From positions 136,844-200,843 of the IMG/VR virus record IMGVR_UViG_3300024255_001563: 64,000 nt of DNA. One strand, 5' to 3'. A model generated the notes under the pieces. That model saw nothing but the letters and a program-made list of their open reading frames with translations. It ran no database searches and was not told the origin of the DNA. Origin of the DNA: a virus. Lineage: Duplodnaviria > Caudoviricetes. Shown piece by piece: positions 10,072-20,253 of the stretch (the first letter of the stretch is position 1; each line of letters begins with the position of its first letter). Position numbers and translations under genes: made by a program.

Positions 10072-11251
10072 TACATTTTGCCCTTTACCGTGGACACACT
10101 TAGCAACACATCCGCACGGTAGTGTTACACTTTGCTGTGAAAGCGATATGACGAATCGTGCAAGCGAATCTCAAAATTTACCACGTGAATTTATCACACT
10201 GCACAACTCAGAGTATGATTTTAAAAAAATAATGAACTCAGACTTGTTTAAACAAGTGCGCAAAGACATGCTAGAAGGTAAACAGCCAGCACCTTGTACA
10301 AAGTGTTACAAACTAGAAACACTAGGCAATCAAAGCAAACGTACCCGAGACACAGAGTTGCTGGACTTTAGCATAGAAGATGCACAGCGTATTACACAAA
10401 CAGACGGCACACTAGATGAAGTTAACTTTGAGTTTATTGAACTGCGACTAGGCAATATTTGCAACCTAGCATGTCGCAGTTGCAATCCACAGAGCAGTTC
10501 AAAATGGAAGAGCGACTGGGAAAAACTAAATGAGCGTAAATTTGATATGCCACAAAGCATGTTTGATTGGCCCTTAGATGAACGCTTTTGGGTAAGTCTA
10601 GCAGAACATTGTAATAACACACGCAAAGTATACATTAACGGCGGCGAACCTCTGCTAGTAGACAAGCACATGCGCTTCTTAGAGTTTTTGATTACCAAAG
10701 ATTTGGCTAAGAATATTACACTAGTATACAGTACCAACAGTACAATCATAAACGACAAGTACGTTAACTTGTGGAACAAGTTTAAGCAGGTTGAGTTTAT
10801 GGTGAGTATTGATTGTTTAGAAGACCGCAATAATTATTTGCGTCATCCTGCTAAGTGGAATAATATAATAGAAGCATTTGATTGGTTACATAGCTTAGGA
10901 CATAAAAGTTATGTGTTACAAACAGTAAGTGTAATGAACATATACTATATCAAAGAGTTTTGGGAGTTCTTTAGAAGCAAGGGTGTTAATGTATCACATA
11001 ATATGGTACATCATCCTAACTATTACAGTGCAGCAAATGCGCCTCAACATGCCAAACAAGCAGTATTAGACAAGATTGTCGGCATGCCGTTCTATGGTAG
11101 TATAAATAATTTTTTAAGTCAAGAATCAAACACACTAGCATTTGAACAGTTCTTCAAAGAGAACGAAAGACTAGATGCTATACGTAAACAGAGTTACGCA
11201 GAGACGTTTAAAGAGTGGCACAACATAATAAAGGCAAACAATGACAGATAA
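10064..11251 (+). CDS. Radical SAM enzyme with N-terminal SPASM/twitch-like domain
   Basis: CNLACRSC, NGGEP, YSTN, VSID; N-terminal FCPLPW..LCC..PCTKC. Start placed at TTG 10064, overlapping the upstream stop, rather than 10034. Confidence 0.88.
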   Translation: MSNTFCPLPWTHLATHPHGSVTLCCESDMTNRASESQNLPREFITLHNSEYDFKKIMNSDLFKQVRKDMLEGKQPAPCTKCYKLETLGNQSKRTRDTELLDFSIEDAQRITQTDGTLDEVNFEFIELRLGNICNLACRSCNPQSSSKWKSDWEKLNERKFDMPQSMFDWPLDERFWVSLAEHCNNTRKVYINGGEPLLVDKHMRFLEFLITKDLAKNITLVYSTNSTIINDKYVNLWNKFKQVEFMVSIDCLEDRNNYLRHPAKWNNIIEAFDWLHSLGHKSYVLQTVSVMNIYYIKEFWEFFRSKGVNVSHNMVHHPNYYSAANAPQHAKQAVLDKIVGMPFYGSINNFLSQESNTLAFEQFFKENERLDAIRKQSYAETFKEWHNIIKANNDR

Positions 11252-12431
11252 ATTATGCGCTGCACCGTGGGTGCATCTACACACATTTCCGAGTGGGCAA
11301 GTTTATCCTTGTTGCCTTACACCTATGGAATTTCCTGTAGGAAATCTAAATAACCAATCCTTAGAAGAAGTTTGGAATAACGAAAAAATACGTAATATTC
11401 GTAAACAAATGATTGCAGGTATAGAGCCAGAAAGCTGTAAACGATGCTTCGAACAAGAAAAACACGGCAAAGATAGCTTTAGAGAGCATATGAATCAAAC
11501 GTTTCCAAATTATGAAAATCTAATACAAACCACCGCTGCTGACGGTTCGTTAGATAATATGGATCTTCGTTATTGGGATTTTAGATTTTCAAACATTTGT
11601 AATATGAAATGCAGAAGCTGCGGACCTCAACTTAGCACCGGTTGGTATGAAGATACTAAAAAGATATGGGGCAGTCTTCCTAACGATATACCTGATAAAA
11701 TTAAGCAATTTGATTTATGGGACCAAATTCTTCCGTTTTTTGATACTGTAGAAGAGATTTATTTTGCAGGCGGCGAGCCTCTTATAATGGAAGAACATTA
11801 TAGAATTTTAAAAAAGTTAGAAGAAATAGATAGGTATGACGTTCGTCTAAAGTATAATACAAATTTTAGTCAGATGAAATACAAAAAGCTAGACGCTTTA
11901 GAAACATGGGCTAAGTTTAAAGATGTCGAAGTAGGTGCTAGTTTTGATGGCTACGGCAAACAAGCAGAATATATCCGAAAAGGAACTGATTGGGATCAAA
12001 TCTATCAAAATAGGTTAAAACAAAAAGAAATAGCGCCTAATGTTAACTTTTTTGTAAACTTTACATTAAGCGTAATGAATAGTTTGCATATTATTGATTT
12101 CCATCATTATGCAGTAGAGTCTAAATTAATAGATACCTACGATAATTTACATATTAACTTTGTACATTCGCCTGAACATATGAGCTTACAAGCATTGCCG
12201 CCAAAGCTAAAAGAAACAGTAAAAGCAGCCTATAAAAAGCATATAAGTTTTTTAAAAGAAAATTTGCAGAATCGCTCCGCTGCTCAGTTTGAAAGTTCTA
12301 TTAGTTTTATGGAATCAGAAGACAAATATATCTTAAATTCTAAATTTAAAGATTATATGAAAACATTAGATGACATACGCAATGAGTCGTTTATAGACAC
12401 GTTCCCGGAATTAAAAGAAATGCTTGAATGA
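11241..12431 (+). CDS. Radical SAM enzyme with N-terminal SPASM/twitch-like domain
   Basis: CNMKCRSC, AGGEP, YNTN, ASFDG; N-terminal LCAAPW..PCC..SCKRC. Confidence 0.9.
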   Translation: MTDKLCAAPWVHLHTFPSGQVYPCCLTPMEFPVGNLNNQSLEEVWNNEKIRNIRKQMIAGIEPESCKRCFEQEKHGKDSFREHMNQTFPNYENLIQTTAADGSLDNMDLRYWDFRFSNICNMKCRSCGPQLSTGWYEDTKKIWGSLPNDIPDKIKQFDLWDQILPFFDTVEEIYFAGGEPLIMEEHYRILKKLEEIDRYDVRLKYNTNFSQMKYKKLDALETWAKFKDVEVGASFDGYGKQAEYIRKGTDWDQIYQNRLKQKEIAPNVNFFVNFTLSVMNSLHIIDFHHYAVESKLIDTYDNLHINFVHSPEHMSLQALPPKLKETVKAAYKKHISFLKENLQNRSAAQFESSISFMESEDKYILNSKFKDYMKTLDDIRNESFIDTFPELKEMLE

Positions 12432-13738
12432 TAAATTTATATTACGATAATATAATTGACGGCGTTCCGGCACCTAACGGTACATTTAATTTTGAAATAT
12501 CTAAAGACGCTCGGAGAATTCCATACGTTAAAGATTATAGAGCAGAGATGCCTATAGCAAAGTTTAATACGTTTTATTTTGTAATGAAAGCAAATAAAAC
12601 AGTAGTAAACCTTGTGTCAGGCAAGCCTAAAAATATTAAAAATTTATATTATCCTATTGAATTAAATTATTCTTATTACGGCTGGAATAGAAACTTAACA
12701 GCACTAATATCCCCTAGAGCTAAAAGTTTAATAAAAAAGGGAAGGTTAAAATTATTAATTTTAGCTCCGAGGCTAGCCGGTAATTCTTTTATTATTGAAC
12801 AGTTAAAGCAAAGAGTTGACGAAATAGTAGAATTACTTGGTATTAAAAAAAGCCAAATATACATTGTGCTAGGAGAATTAAATAATGTATATAGGACGTT
12901 GTTAGACACTAAAAACGTTTTTGGTATAGATTGGTGGCAAATATATATGCAATTAGTTTATAAAGTTCGAAGTGGATTGTCGTCATTATCGTGGATATGT
13001 GAAGATCCATTTTTAAAGATATCAAAAGATTTGACTATTGACCACGAAAATTGGAACCCTAAAAAAGTTTACAATACTTCGTTTACAAATTATTTTCAGA
13101 CAGATGTAACTGTATTTCTTGAGTTGGCTCATAATAACTTACTTGATGACGGGTATGTTAAGTTAAATTCAAGTAACTATAATTTATCTAAAACAATATC
13201 GCCTATGCTAGTTAATCCTAGATCTTCGCAACTTGAAAAAGAATCTAAACAAGGATTATTAAAACATATAGACAATTATTCGCAAGAAGTTAACAATACG
13301 TTAATGAATTACAATATCGAAGAATACCAAGATACAGTATTATCTATATTGTGTGATGACATTGAGATTGATGTTAATACTCAGTATAAACAAGAGGTAG
13401 CATCATTTACGTTAGGACCTAACGTATGGAAACACATATATATCGGACACCCTGCGGCTATTATAGGATGTTCGTCGGTCCATAATTACCTTAATAATCA
13501 AGGATATTTTAGTTGCAATGCATTAATTAATCAACATTATGATACAATGTACGATCCTACAAACCGTGCAGAGCATATTAGAAAAAATATTGAATATCTA
13601 AAAAGTCTTAGTAGTGAAGATATAAGCGAATTAATAGCAGAAGCAATACCGTTTTTAAAAAAGAATCGTGAAATATTTTTAACAAGACGCATGCAGCCTA
13701 AATTTTTATCACTTTTTGTTGACATGAATAACAATTGA
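12428..13738 (+). CDS. Hypothetical protein, possibly a divergent glycosyltransferase
   Basis: 436 aa; C-terminal WKHIYIGHPAAIIG...NNQGYFS...HYD resembles a phage GT-like hypothetical family. Weak. Confidence 0.4.
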   Translation: MINLYYDNIIDGVPAPNGTFNFEISKDARRIPYVKDYRAEMPIAKFNTFYFVMKANKTVVNLVSGKPKNIKNLYYPIELNYSYYGWNRNLTALISPRAKSLIKKGRLKLLILAPRLAGNSFIIEQLKQRVDEIVELLGIKKSQIYIVLGELNNVYRTLLDTKNVFGIDWWQIYMQLVYKVRSGLSSLSWICEDPFLKISKDLTIDHENWNPKKVYNTSFTNYFQTDVTVFLELAHNNLLDDGYVKLNSSNYNLSKTISPMLVNPRSSQLEKESKQGLLKHIDNYSQEVNNTLMNYNIEEYQDTVLSILCDDIEIDVNTQYKQEVASFTLGPNVWKHIYIGHPAAIIGCSSVHNYLNNQGYFSCNALINQHYDTMYDPTNRAEHIRKNIEYLKSLSSEDISELIAEAIPFLKKNREIFLTRRMQPKFLSLFVDMNNN

Positions 13739-13754
13739 GTTTATAATATACATA

Positions 13755-15008
13755 ATGTATGATATCATTTTTATTAATAATAATTCTAAATATGCACAGG
13801 TCTCTTGGAATAAGTTAAAACAACAGTATCCAAGAGCAAAGTCTGCTGATAGTTTTGAGCAAGCTCAAAAAATAGTGTTTACAAAAATGTTTTGGGTTGT
13901 TTGGCCCGATATCGATATTGCAGATGATTTTAAATTTGATTATCGTGCAGACGAATATAGTCAAGAATATGTTCATACATTTTTAAATAGAGATACTTAT
14001 GACGGTGTAATACTTGTACCCAAACGTGCTGAAATATCAGAACGTGAATTGCGCCATAGATTCTTTATAAACAAAAAAGAAGTAGATATTGTAGCAAGTA
14101 CACCTAAGCCGTTTGACTTGTATTACATTGACACTTGGGAAGACTACGAATATGCACTTGAAAATAGTTCAACAGAAATGTTTTGGGCAGTATCGCATAA
14201 CTTAAAATATAGTCTATCATACATAAACAACTTTTATTTTAGTCACCATAACAGTTACGACAGGAAAGAAAATCATGCATTTGTACATGAGGTTGATGGA
14301 AGGAAATTATACAATGGCGTATTCTTATGTTCGCAAAACAAACCTCTCAACAAAAAACAAATAGACTACAGATTCTTAGTAAACGCTAAACAGTGGGACG
14401 ATGTAGTAAGTGGTCCTAGGCAGTATGAGATATATGCAGTAACTAACTATAATGATTATCTAGATATAATAGATCATTGTCCTACAGAGATGTTTTGGAT
14501 GATACCTTCTCATGTTCAAGTACGTGATGATTTTAACTTTGAAATGTACTTTAGTCATGAAAGTGAATACGATAGAAAAATAAATCATGTATTTAAGAAC
14601 GGCGAATACTACGATGGTATTATTCTATGTAGTAAACATGCACCTATTAGCGAGCGAGAATTTAAGTATAAATTTATTACTAATAAAAAAGAACATGACG
14701 TAATTGCAAGCGATGCATTAGAATATGATAAAATTGTAGTCAACACATATGAAGAATTTTGTGAATTAGGACAAAAAGTTAGCACAGACTTCTTTTATGT
14801 AATACCTAATGACGTAGACGTAGACTGGGACTTTAACTATCATATACCTTACTACGAACGTGAAAACATACACGTATTTAAAAACGGCAAGTACCACGAC
14901 GGTGTGTTTCTAATACACAAAGATAAGTCACTTGCACAACGTGAGTTTGATTATAGGTTCTTTGTAAATAAAAAAGAAATTGATATAACTGTTAGTACGC
15001 CTAAACCA
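13755..15008 (+). repeat. Four tandem protein-level domain repeats
   Basis: Repeats span about aa 1-119, 120-223, 224-323 and 324-418, ending STPKP, SGPRQ, SDALE and STPKP. Confidence 0.8.
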
Positions 15009-15689
15009 TATGACATTGTGTTTATTAGTTATAATGAACCTAACGCAGATGATAACTATCGTTTGCTTACAGACCGTTTTCCTAGAGCAAAACGAGTACA
15101 CGGTGTAAAAGGCATTCATCAAGCACACATTGAAGCAGCAAAGCTATGTACAACAAATATGTTTTTTGTTGTAGACGGGGATGCACAAGTATTAGAAGAT
15201 TTTGTGTTTGAACATCAAGTTCCTAAATGGCAAAGAGATCAAGTGTTTGTTTGGCGCAGTCGTAATCCTATTAATGATTTAGAATATGGTTACGGAGGAA
15301 TTAAACTGTTTCCGGTAAGAGAAACACTTAACATGGACGTTACTAAAACTGACATGACTACAAGCATTAGTCCTAAATTTAATGCTATGGAAAGTGTAAG
15401 TAACATCACAACATTTAACACAGACGCCTTTTCAACATGGAAAAGTGCTTTTAGAGAATGCTGTAAATTAGCAAGTAAAACAATCCGTGGACAAGTAGAT
15501 AATGAAACAGAAGAAAGACTTAAACAATGGTGCGAAGTAGGGCACGATGCACTATACGGAAAATATGCTATACATGGTGCATGTAGCGGCCGTAATTGGG
15601 GTAATGACAATAAGCATTATCCGGATAAACTAAATTTAATTAACGACTTTGATTGGTTATATGAAGAATTTTCAAAACATACCTTTTGA
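13755..15689 (+). CDS. Multi-repeat GT-A-like protein: four degenerate domains plus one DxD-bearing domain
   Basis: Four ~95-119 aa repeats with MFW...H.F.N...YDG..L...RFF.NKKE; the C-terminal domain VFISYNEPNA..RVHGVKG..VVDGDA..YGYGGIK matches 4564..5463. Confidence 0.7.
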   Translation: MYDIIFINNNSKYAQVSWNKLKQQYPRAKSADSFEQAQKIVFTKMFWVVWPDIDIADDFKFDYRADEYSQEYVHTFLNRDTYDGVILVPKRAEISERELRHRFFINKKEVDIVASTPKPFDLYYIDTWEDYEYALENSSTEMFWAVSHNLKYSLSYINNFYFSHHNSYDRKENHAFVHEVDGRKLYNGVFLCSQNKPLNKKQIDYRFLVNAKQWDDVVSGPRQYEIYAVTNYNDYLDIIDHCPTEMFWMIPSHVQVRDDFNFEMYFSHESEYDRKINHVFKNGEYYDGIILCSKHAPISEREFKYKFITNKKEHDVIASDALEYDKIVVNTYEEFCELGQKVSTDFFYVIPNDVDVDWDFNYHIPYYERENIHVFKNGKYHDGVFLIHKDKSLAQREFDYRFFVNKKEIDITVSTPKPYDIVFISYNEPNADDNYRLLTDRFPRAKRVHGVKGIHQAHIEAAKLCTTNMFFVVDGDAQVLEDFVFEHQVPKWQRDQVFVWRSRNPINDLEYGYGGIKLFPVRETLNMDVTKTDMTTSISPKFNAMESVSNITTFNTDAFSTWKSAFRECCKLASKTIRGQVDNETEERLKQWCEVGHDALYGKYAIHGACSGRNWGNDNKHYPDKLNLINDFDWLYEEFSKHTF

Positions 15690-16659
15690 CAACATAACAA
15701 AGTTTGGACAAAAAACCTTGTTAGACACTAACTTGTTTACAGTGTCTTGGATCCTTGCGAGATTTTGTAATTACAATTGTAGCTACTGCTGGCCTTATGC
15801 AAGAAGTAGTACACCCGACCATCAAACATTAGAAACATACAAAACTGCATTAACTGAAATAAAGCGACAGGCAAGAGATAACGGATTTACAGACTTCCAT
15901 TTTAGTTTTAGTGGAGGCGAGCCTACGGCATATAAATACTTTGGGGAGCTCATAGAGCATTATTGCAGTGATGCAACACCCGAATACCAAAGTATCCACA
16001 TGACAACAAATCTTAGCCCGGGAAGCAAATGGTGGAACAAGTGGTTAGAAACTACAAGCACTCTGCAACGTAGAAGTATAACAGCGAGCTATCACGCAGA
16101 GTTTGCTAATGAACAAGAATTTGGAGACAAATGTCTTCAACTTATGAAAGAAGGTGTTTATGTTACAATCAATCAAGTTATGGTTCCGGAAATGTTCGAA
16201 GAGCTTTACGGACGCTTGGAGCGATTTGCCGCCAGAGGTATTAATGTCACTCTCAAACCCCAGTCCGATCCTACCGCCAGTAGTGTGGTACATGGTTACA
16301 CAACCAATGAAATCGAAACCATGCAAAAAGGGTTCCCACAAAAAATCCCAGATGAATTTAAAAGAATAATTCCTTTACTGCAAGTTGAATTAGAAGACAG
16401 CACTGGAAAAACGTACTACATAGATCAAGCAGAACGCTTTAATGCATTTGGATTTAATAAGTTTAAAGGATGGGAATGTAATGCAGGCTATCAAGGATGC
16501 GTTATACGTAGTAATGAAGTTAAACGCAGCTACAGTTGCCACGATGAACCCTTAGGCACGTTAGACGGCGGATTTGAGCTGTTTAAAGCACCACGTAAGT
16601 GCGTTACTCCTAGCTGTGTAAGCAGTGCAGATAGTAAACTACCAAAGAGAAAAATATGA
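15661..16659 (+). CDS. Radical SAM enzyme with C-terminal twitch/SPASM-like Cys motif
   Basis: CNYNCSYC, FSGGEP, MTTN; C-terminal WECNAG..SC..CVTPSC. Start placed at ATG 15661. Confidence 0.88.
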   Translation: MKNFQNIPFDNITKFGQKTLLDTNLFTVSWILARFCNYNCSYCWPYARSSTPDHQTLETYKTALTEIKRQARDNGFTDFHFSFSGGEPTAYKYFGELIEHYCSDATPEYQSIHMTTNLSPGSKWWNKWLETTSTLQRRSITASYHAEFANEQEFGDKCLQLMKEGVYVTINQVMVPEMFEELYGRLERFAARGINVTLKPQSDPTASSVVHGYTTNEIETMQKGFPQKIPDEFKRIIPLLQVELEDSTGKTYYIDQAERFNAFGFNKFKGWECNAGYQGCVIRSNEVKRSYSCHDEPLGTLDGGFELFKAPRKCVTPSCVSSADSKLPKRKI

Positions 16660-17261
16660 AAATAGATATACAAGATGTATTATTCTGGATGGATGCAATT
16701 CGCAACAGCGATGACAAATACCGTACACTTGAAAGCTTCTGGAAAGGACAAGTCAACAGCAAGATATGGCTTGCTGACGCACTGCGTGTAAACTACGTTG
16801 ACGATGATGCTCGTATTGTAATATACGGCGGCTGGAATGGTGTGCTTTCTAGTATCTTATTTAATAGCAGTTTAAGCATTGAGCATATTACAAGTGTTGA
16901 CATTGATGAAGATTGCCAAGAAACTGCATACACAGTTAATAAAAACTATGAAATAGCAGGAAGATTTGATGCAGTAACCGCAGACATGTGTACTTACACA
17001 GAACCTGCTGACATTGTTATTAACACAAGCTGCGAACACATTACGCAAGAACAATACGAACAGTGGTTAGACATTCAACCAGACGATGCGCTATTTGTAA
17101 TACAAAGCAATAACTACTTTGAGTTAGACGAGCACATTCGTTGTGCAACTGATCAAGATGACTTTATGCGCATGAGTAAAATCAAACCATACTGGAGAGG
17201 CGAATTTAAAACCCCTAAGTATACTCGTTATATGATTATAGGTAAAAAGAAGAATGTATAA
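16656..17261 (+). CDS. Class I SAM-dependent methyltransferase
   Basis: IVIYGGWNG (motif I), SVDID (motif II), DIVINTSCEH (motif IV). Confidence 0.75.
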   Translation: MKIDIQDVLFWMDAIRNSDDKYRTLESFWKGQVNSKIWLADALRVNYVDDDARIVIYGGWNGVLSSILFNSSLSIEHITSVDIDEDCQETAYTVNKNYEIAGRFDAVTADMCTYTEPADIVINTSCEHITQEQYEQWLDIQPDDALFVIQSNNYFELDEHIRCATDQDDFMRMSKIKPYWRGEFKTPKYTRYMIIGKKKNV

Positions 17262-18072
17262 TAGAATAGTAGCATATGGGTGTAGTATTACTTCAGGATT
17301 TGAACTTGCAGATTACGAACTAATGCCATCTTTAAATTTTGTTGAAATAAATAAAATAAAAGCAAAGGGAGTCGAATTCTGGAGAGACAAAATTGAAAGC
17401 AAATACTCTCTTGAATATATTGACAGTAGAGAACATAATCACGCCTGGCCGCAGCATTTAGCAAACAAACTTAATGTTGACGTAGTTAATAGAGCTTATC
17501 CAGGAAGTAATAGTGAGTCGTCTATATATTTTTTAGAGGAAGATATTAGTAGAGGTTTTATAAAACCTACTGATCTTATAATTGTTGCTCATACAGAAAG
17601 TTCGAGATGGTTCTATCTTGACAAAGAATGCAAAAAACATCATTGTTGTCCAGGCGGCCTACCAAAAGAGTGGAATTCACAGCTATCGCACAGATTAAGA
17701 TGGCCGTCGAAATCGTTTCATAAAGATTATGTTTTACATGTATCTAACGATTTTAACGATATGTTTCGATGGTTTAAAGATATAAAGTATCTAGAAATGC
17801 TATCAAAAAAACATAATATTTTACAAGTTTTTGCATTCACCCCGTTTTTAACTCAGTTACACAATAACATTAACAAGTTTAAAGAATACAATTTATTAAA
17901 TGCATATAACTCAGTTAAAGAATTTAATTCTATATTAGATAACTACTTTTCTTTTAATGATTTAGTTAATTGGGATGATTCTAGTCAATTGCATACATAC
18001 ACGCATCCTAAAGAAGAATATCATATAGAGTACGCAAATTATATATACAAAAAAATAAAAGACAGGCAGTAG
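17254..18072 (+). CDS. SGNH/GDSL hydrolase-fold protein (esterase or acyltransferase)
   Basis: VAYGCSITSG block I, VVNRAYPGSN block II, C-terminal THP. Confidence 0.6.
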   Translation: MYNRIVAYGCSITSGFELADYELMPSLNFVEINKIKAKGVEFWRDKIESKYSLEYIDSREHNHAWPQHLANKLNVDVVNRAYPGSNSESSIYFLEEDISRGFIKPTDLIIVAHTESSRWFYLDKECKKHHCCPGGLPKEWNSQLSHRLRWPSKSFHKDYVLHVSNDFNDMFRWFKDIKYLEMLSKKHNILQVFAFTPFLTQLHNNINKFKEYNLLNAYNSVKEFNSILDNYFSFNDLVNWDDSSQLHTYTHPKEEYHIEYANYIYKKIKDRQ

Positions 18073-19161
18073 ATGTTTAACTTTGAAAATTTAGAAAAGG
18101 CACAAGTCGAAATAACCAATCGTTGCCAAGCTAGCTGTCCAATGTGCTTAAGGAATATTCACGGCGGTATAGAAAATCCTAATCTAACTAGTCATGATTG
18201 GACATTAGAAGATTTTAAAGAAATATTTACACCAAAAATTTTACAACAATTAAAGCGTATAGACTTTTGCGGAGATTTTGGAGAACCTACAGTTAATAAT
18301 GATTTAATTAGCATGTGTGCTTATATTAAACAGCAAAATCCTGAACTAGAAACTGCTATTTTTACTAACGGTAGCACAAGAACACTAGGCTGGTGGAAAC
18401 GCCTAGCACAGGCGCTTACAGTGCGTCACAAGGTAGAATTTGCACTAGATGGACTTAGTGATACGCATAGTTTATATAGAGTCGGAACAGACTATGATAA
18501 GATTACTAAAAATGCACAAGCATTTGCAAAAGCCGGTGGATATGCAGTATGGATGTTTATAAGATTTAAACATAACCAAGAACAAGTAAAAGACGCAGAA
18601 ATTATATCTAGAAAGTTTGGGTTTTCAGAGTTTCATGTTAAAAACAGCAAACGATTTGGAGATACCTTTCCAGTATTAGATAAACAAGGCAATGTAACAC
18701 ATTATTTAGATCAGCCAGATGTTACACCTATCAAGTTCTTTGATAAAAATGATTTGTTATCTTACAAATCTTGGCCTGAAGCAGAAAAAGTTAATTGTAT
18801 GGTGTTACACGATAAAGAAATTTATATAGATGCTAACTTTACAGTATTACCGTGCTGTCTGCTTGGTAGTTTTTTATATGCAAACTATGATGAAGTTTTA
18901 TATAAAAAGTATGATGTATATAAGCATTCATCTATTGTAGATGTAGGAAAAATTGCACAAAAGGAAACTTATAGAATTGTAGAAGAACTTGGCGGATTAC
19001 AAGCATTAGATGCAAAAAAAGGTTTAGAAAATATTGTTAATGATCCTAAATGGCAAACTATTTGGCAAAGAGAATGGAGTAACAAAACATCTCCTGCATG
19101 TATTGTATTATGCGGAAAAAATACTCCATTAACACGGGTCGAAGATCAGGTAGAGCGATAA
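18073..19161 (+). CDS. Radical SAM enzyme with C-terminal SPASM-like Cys
   Basis: CQASCPMC, CGDFGEP, FTNG, FALDG; C-terminal NC..PCC..CIVLC. Confidence 0.88.
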   Translation: MFNFENLEKAQVEITNRCQASCPMCLRNIHGGIENPNLTSHDWTLEDFKEIFTPKILQQLKRIDFCGDFGEPTVNNDLISMCAYIKQQNPELETAIFTNGSTRTLGWWKRLAQALTVRHKVEFALDGLSDTHSLYRVGTDYDKITKNAQAFAKAGGYAVWMFIRFKHNQEQVKDAEIISRKFGFSEFHVKNSKRFGDTFPVLDKQGNVTHYLDQPDVTPIKFFDKNDLLSYKSWPEAEKVNCMVLHDKEIYIDANFTVLPCCLLGSFLYANYDEVLYKKYDVYKHSSIVDVGKIAQKETYRIVEELGGLQALDAKKGLENIVNDPKWQTIWQREWSNKTSPACIVLCGKNTPLTRVEDQVER

Positions 19162-19170
19162 GTAGATATA

Positions 19171-20253
19171 ATGATAAACTTTAATCAACTTAAACAAATC
19201 CATTTAGAAATTACAAATAACTGTCAAGCAAGTTGTCCTATGTGTACTAGAAATATTCACGGAGGACTTAAAAATCCTAATATTAATAAACGTGGATGGA
19301 CACTTGATGACTATAAAAAAATTATATCTCCAGAAGTTATAGAGCAAATTGAAAATGTTTACTTTTGTGGAAACTATGGCGATCCATTATTGAACGACCA
19401 ATTGCTCGAAATGGTCGAGTATACTACTTCTATTAAAAAAGATATCAAAATTACTATACATACTAATGGTAGTTTAAGAAGCAAAGAATGGTGGACAAAC
19501 TTAGCAAAAGTTATGCCTAATAGTCATAGAGTAGTTTTTGCTATAGATGGATTAGAAGATACACAAACAATTTATAGAATTGGTACTAGTTACGAAAAAA
19601 TAATCGAAAATGCAAAAGCATTTATAGATGCCGGCGGCATTGCAGAATGGGCTTATATAAGATTTAAACATAACGAACATCAAGTAGAAGAAGCAAGACA
19701 TCGAGCAATTGATATAGGGTTTGAATACTTTACAATGAAAGATAGTTCGCGGTGGTTAATGGAACCTAAATTTAAAGTCTTGGATAAACAAGGTAATATT
19801 GATTATTATTTAGAACCAAGTCAACATTCAACTATTAAAATTGTTGATACCGATATTATTGGAAATTATAAAAGTATTTTAGAAAAAACAGAAATTAATT
19901 GTTATGCAAAACATGTAAAAGAAGTTTACATAGATTCTTATGGGCATGTATTTCCGTGTTGTTGGCTTGCAATGATTCCGTATCATCCTAAAGATTTGGA
20001 ACACGAATTACATGAAATTCGAGAAGCAATTTATGCAGAATATTTTGACTTAGTTAAATCACTAGGTGGTATAGACGCATTAGACGTAAAGAAAAAACCG
20101 TTGAAGGATATTATTAATTCAGACGAATATCAAAATGTTTGGAATAGTTATTGGACGGATAAAAAATTAATTACTTGCGGCAGAGCTTGCGGAATACAAC
20201 CTGAATTGTTTTCTACGCCGCAGGACCAATTTACAAGTAGGGAAGAGCTATGA
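19171..20253 (+). CDS. Radical SAM enzyme, tandem paralog of 18073..19161
   Basis: CQASCPMC, CGNYGDP, HTNG, FAIDG; C-terminal NC..PCC..CGRAC. Confidence 0.88.
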   Translation: MINFNQLKQIHLEITNNCQASCPMCTRNIHGGLKNPNINKRGWTLDDYKKIISPEVIEQIENVYFCGNYGDPLLNDQLLEMVEYTTSIKKDIKITIHTNGSLRSKEWWTNLAKVMPNSHRVVFAIDGLEDTQTIYRIGTSYEKIIENAKAFIDAGGIAEWAYIRFKHNEHQVEEARHRAIDIGFEYFTMKDSSRWLMEPKFKVLDKQGNIDYYLEPSQHSTIKIVDTDIIGNYKSILEKTEINCYAKHVKEVYIDSYGHVFPCCWLAMIPYHPKDLEHELHEIREAIYAEYFDLVKSLGGIDALDVKKKPLKDIINSDEYQNVWNSYWTDKKLITCGRACGIQPELFSTPQDQFTSREEL

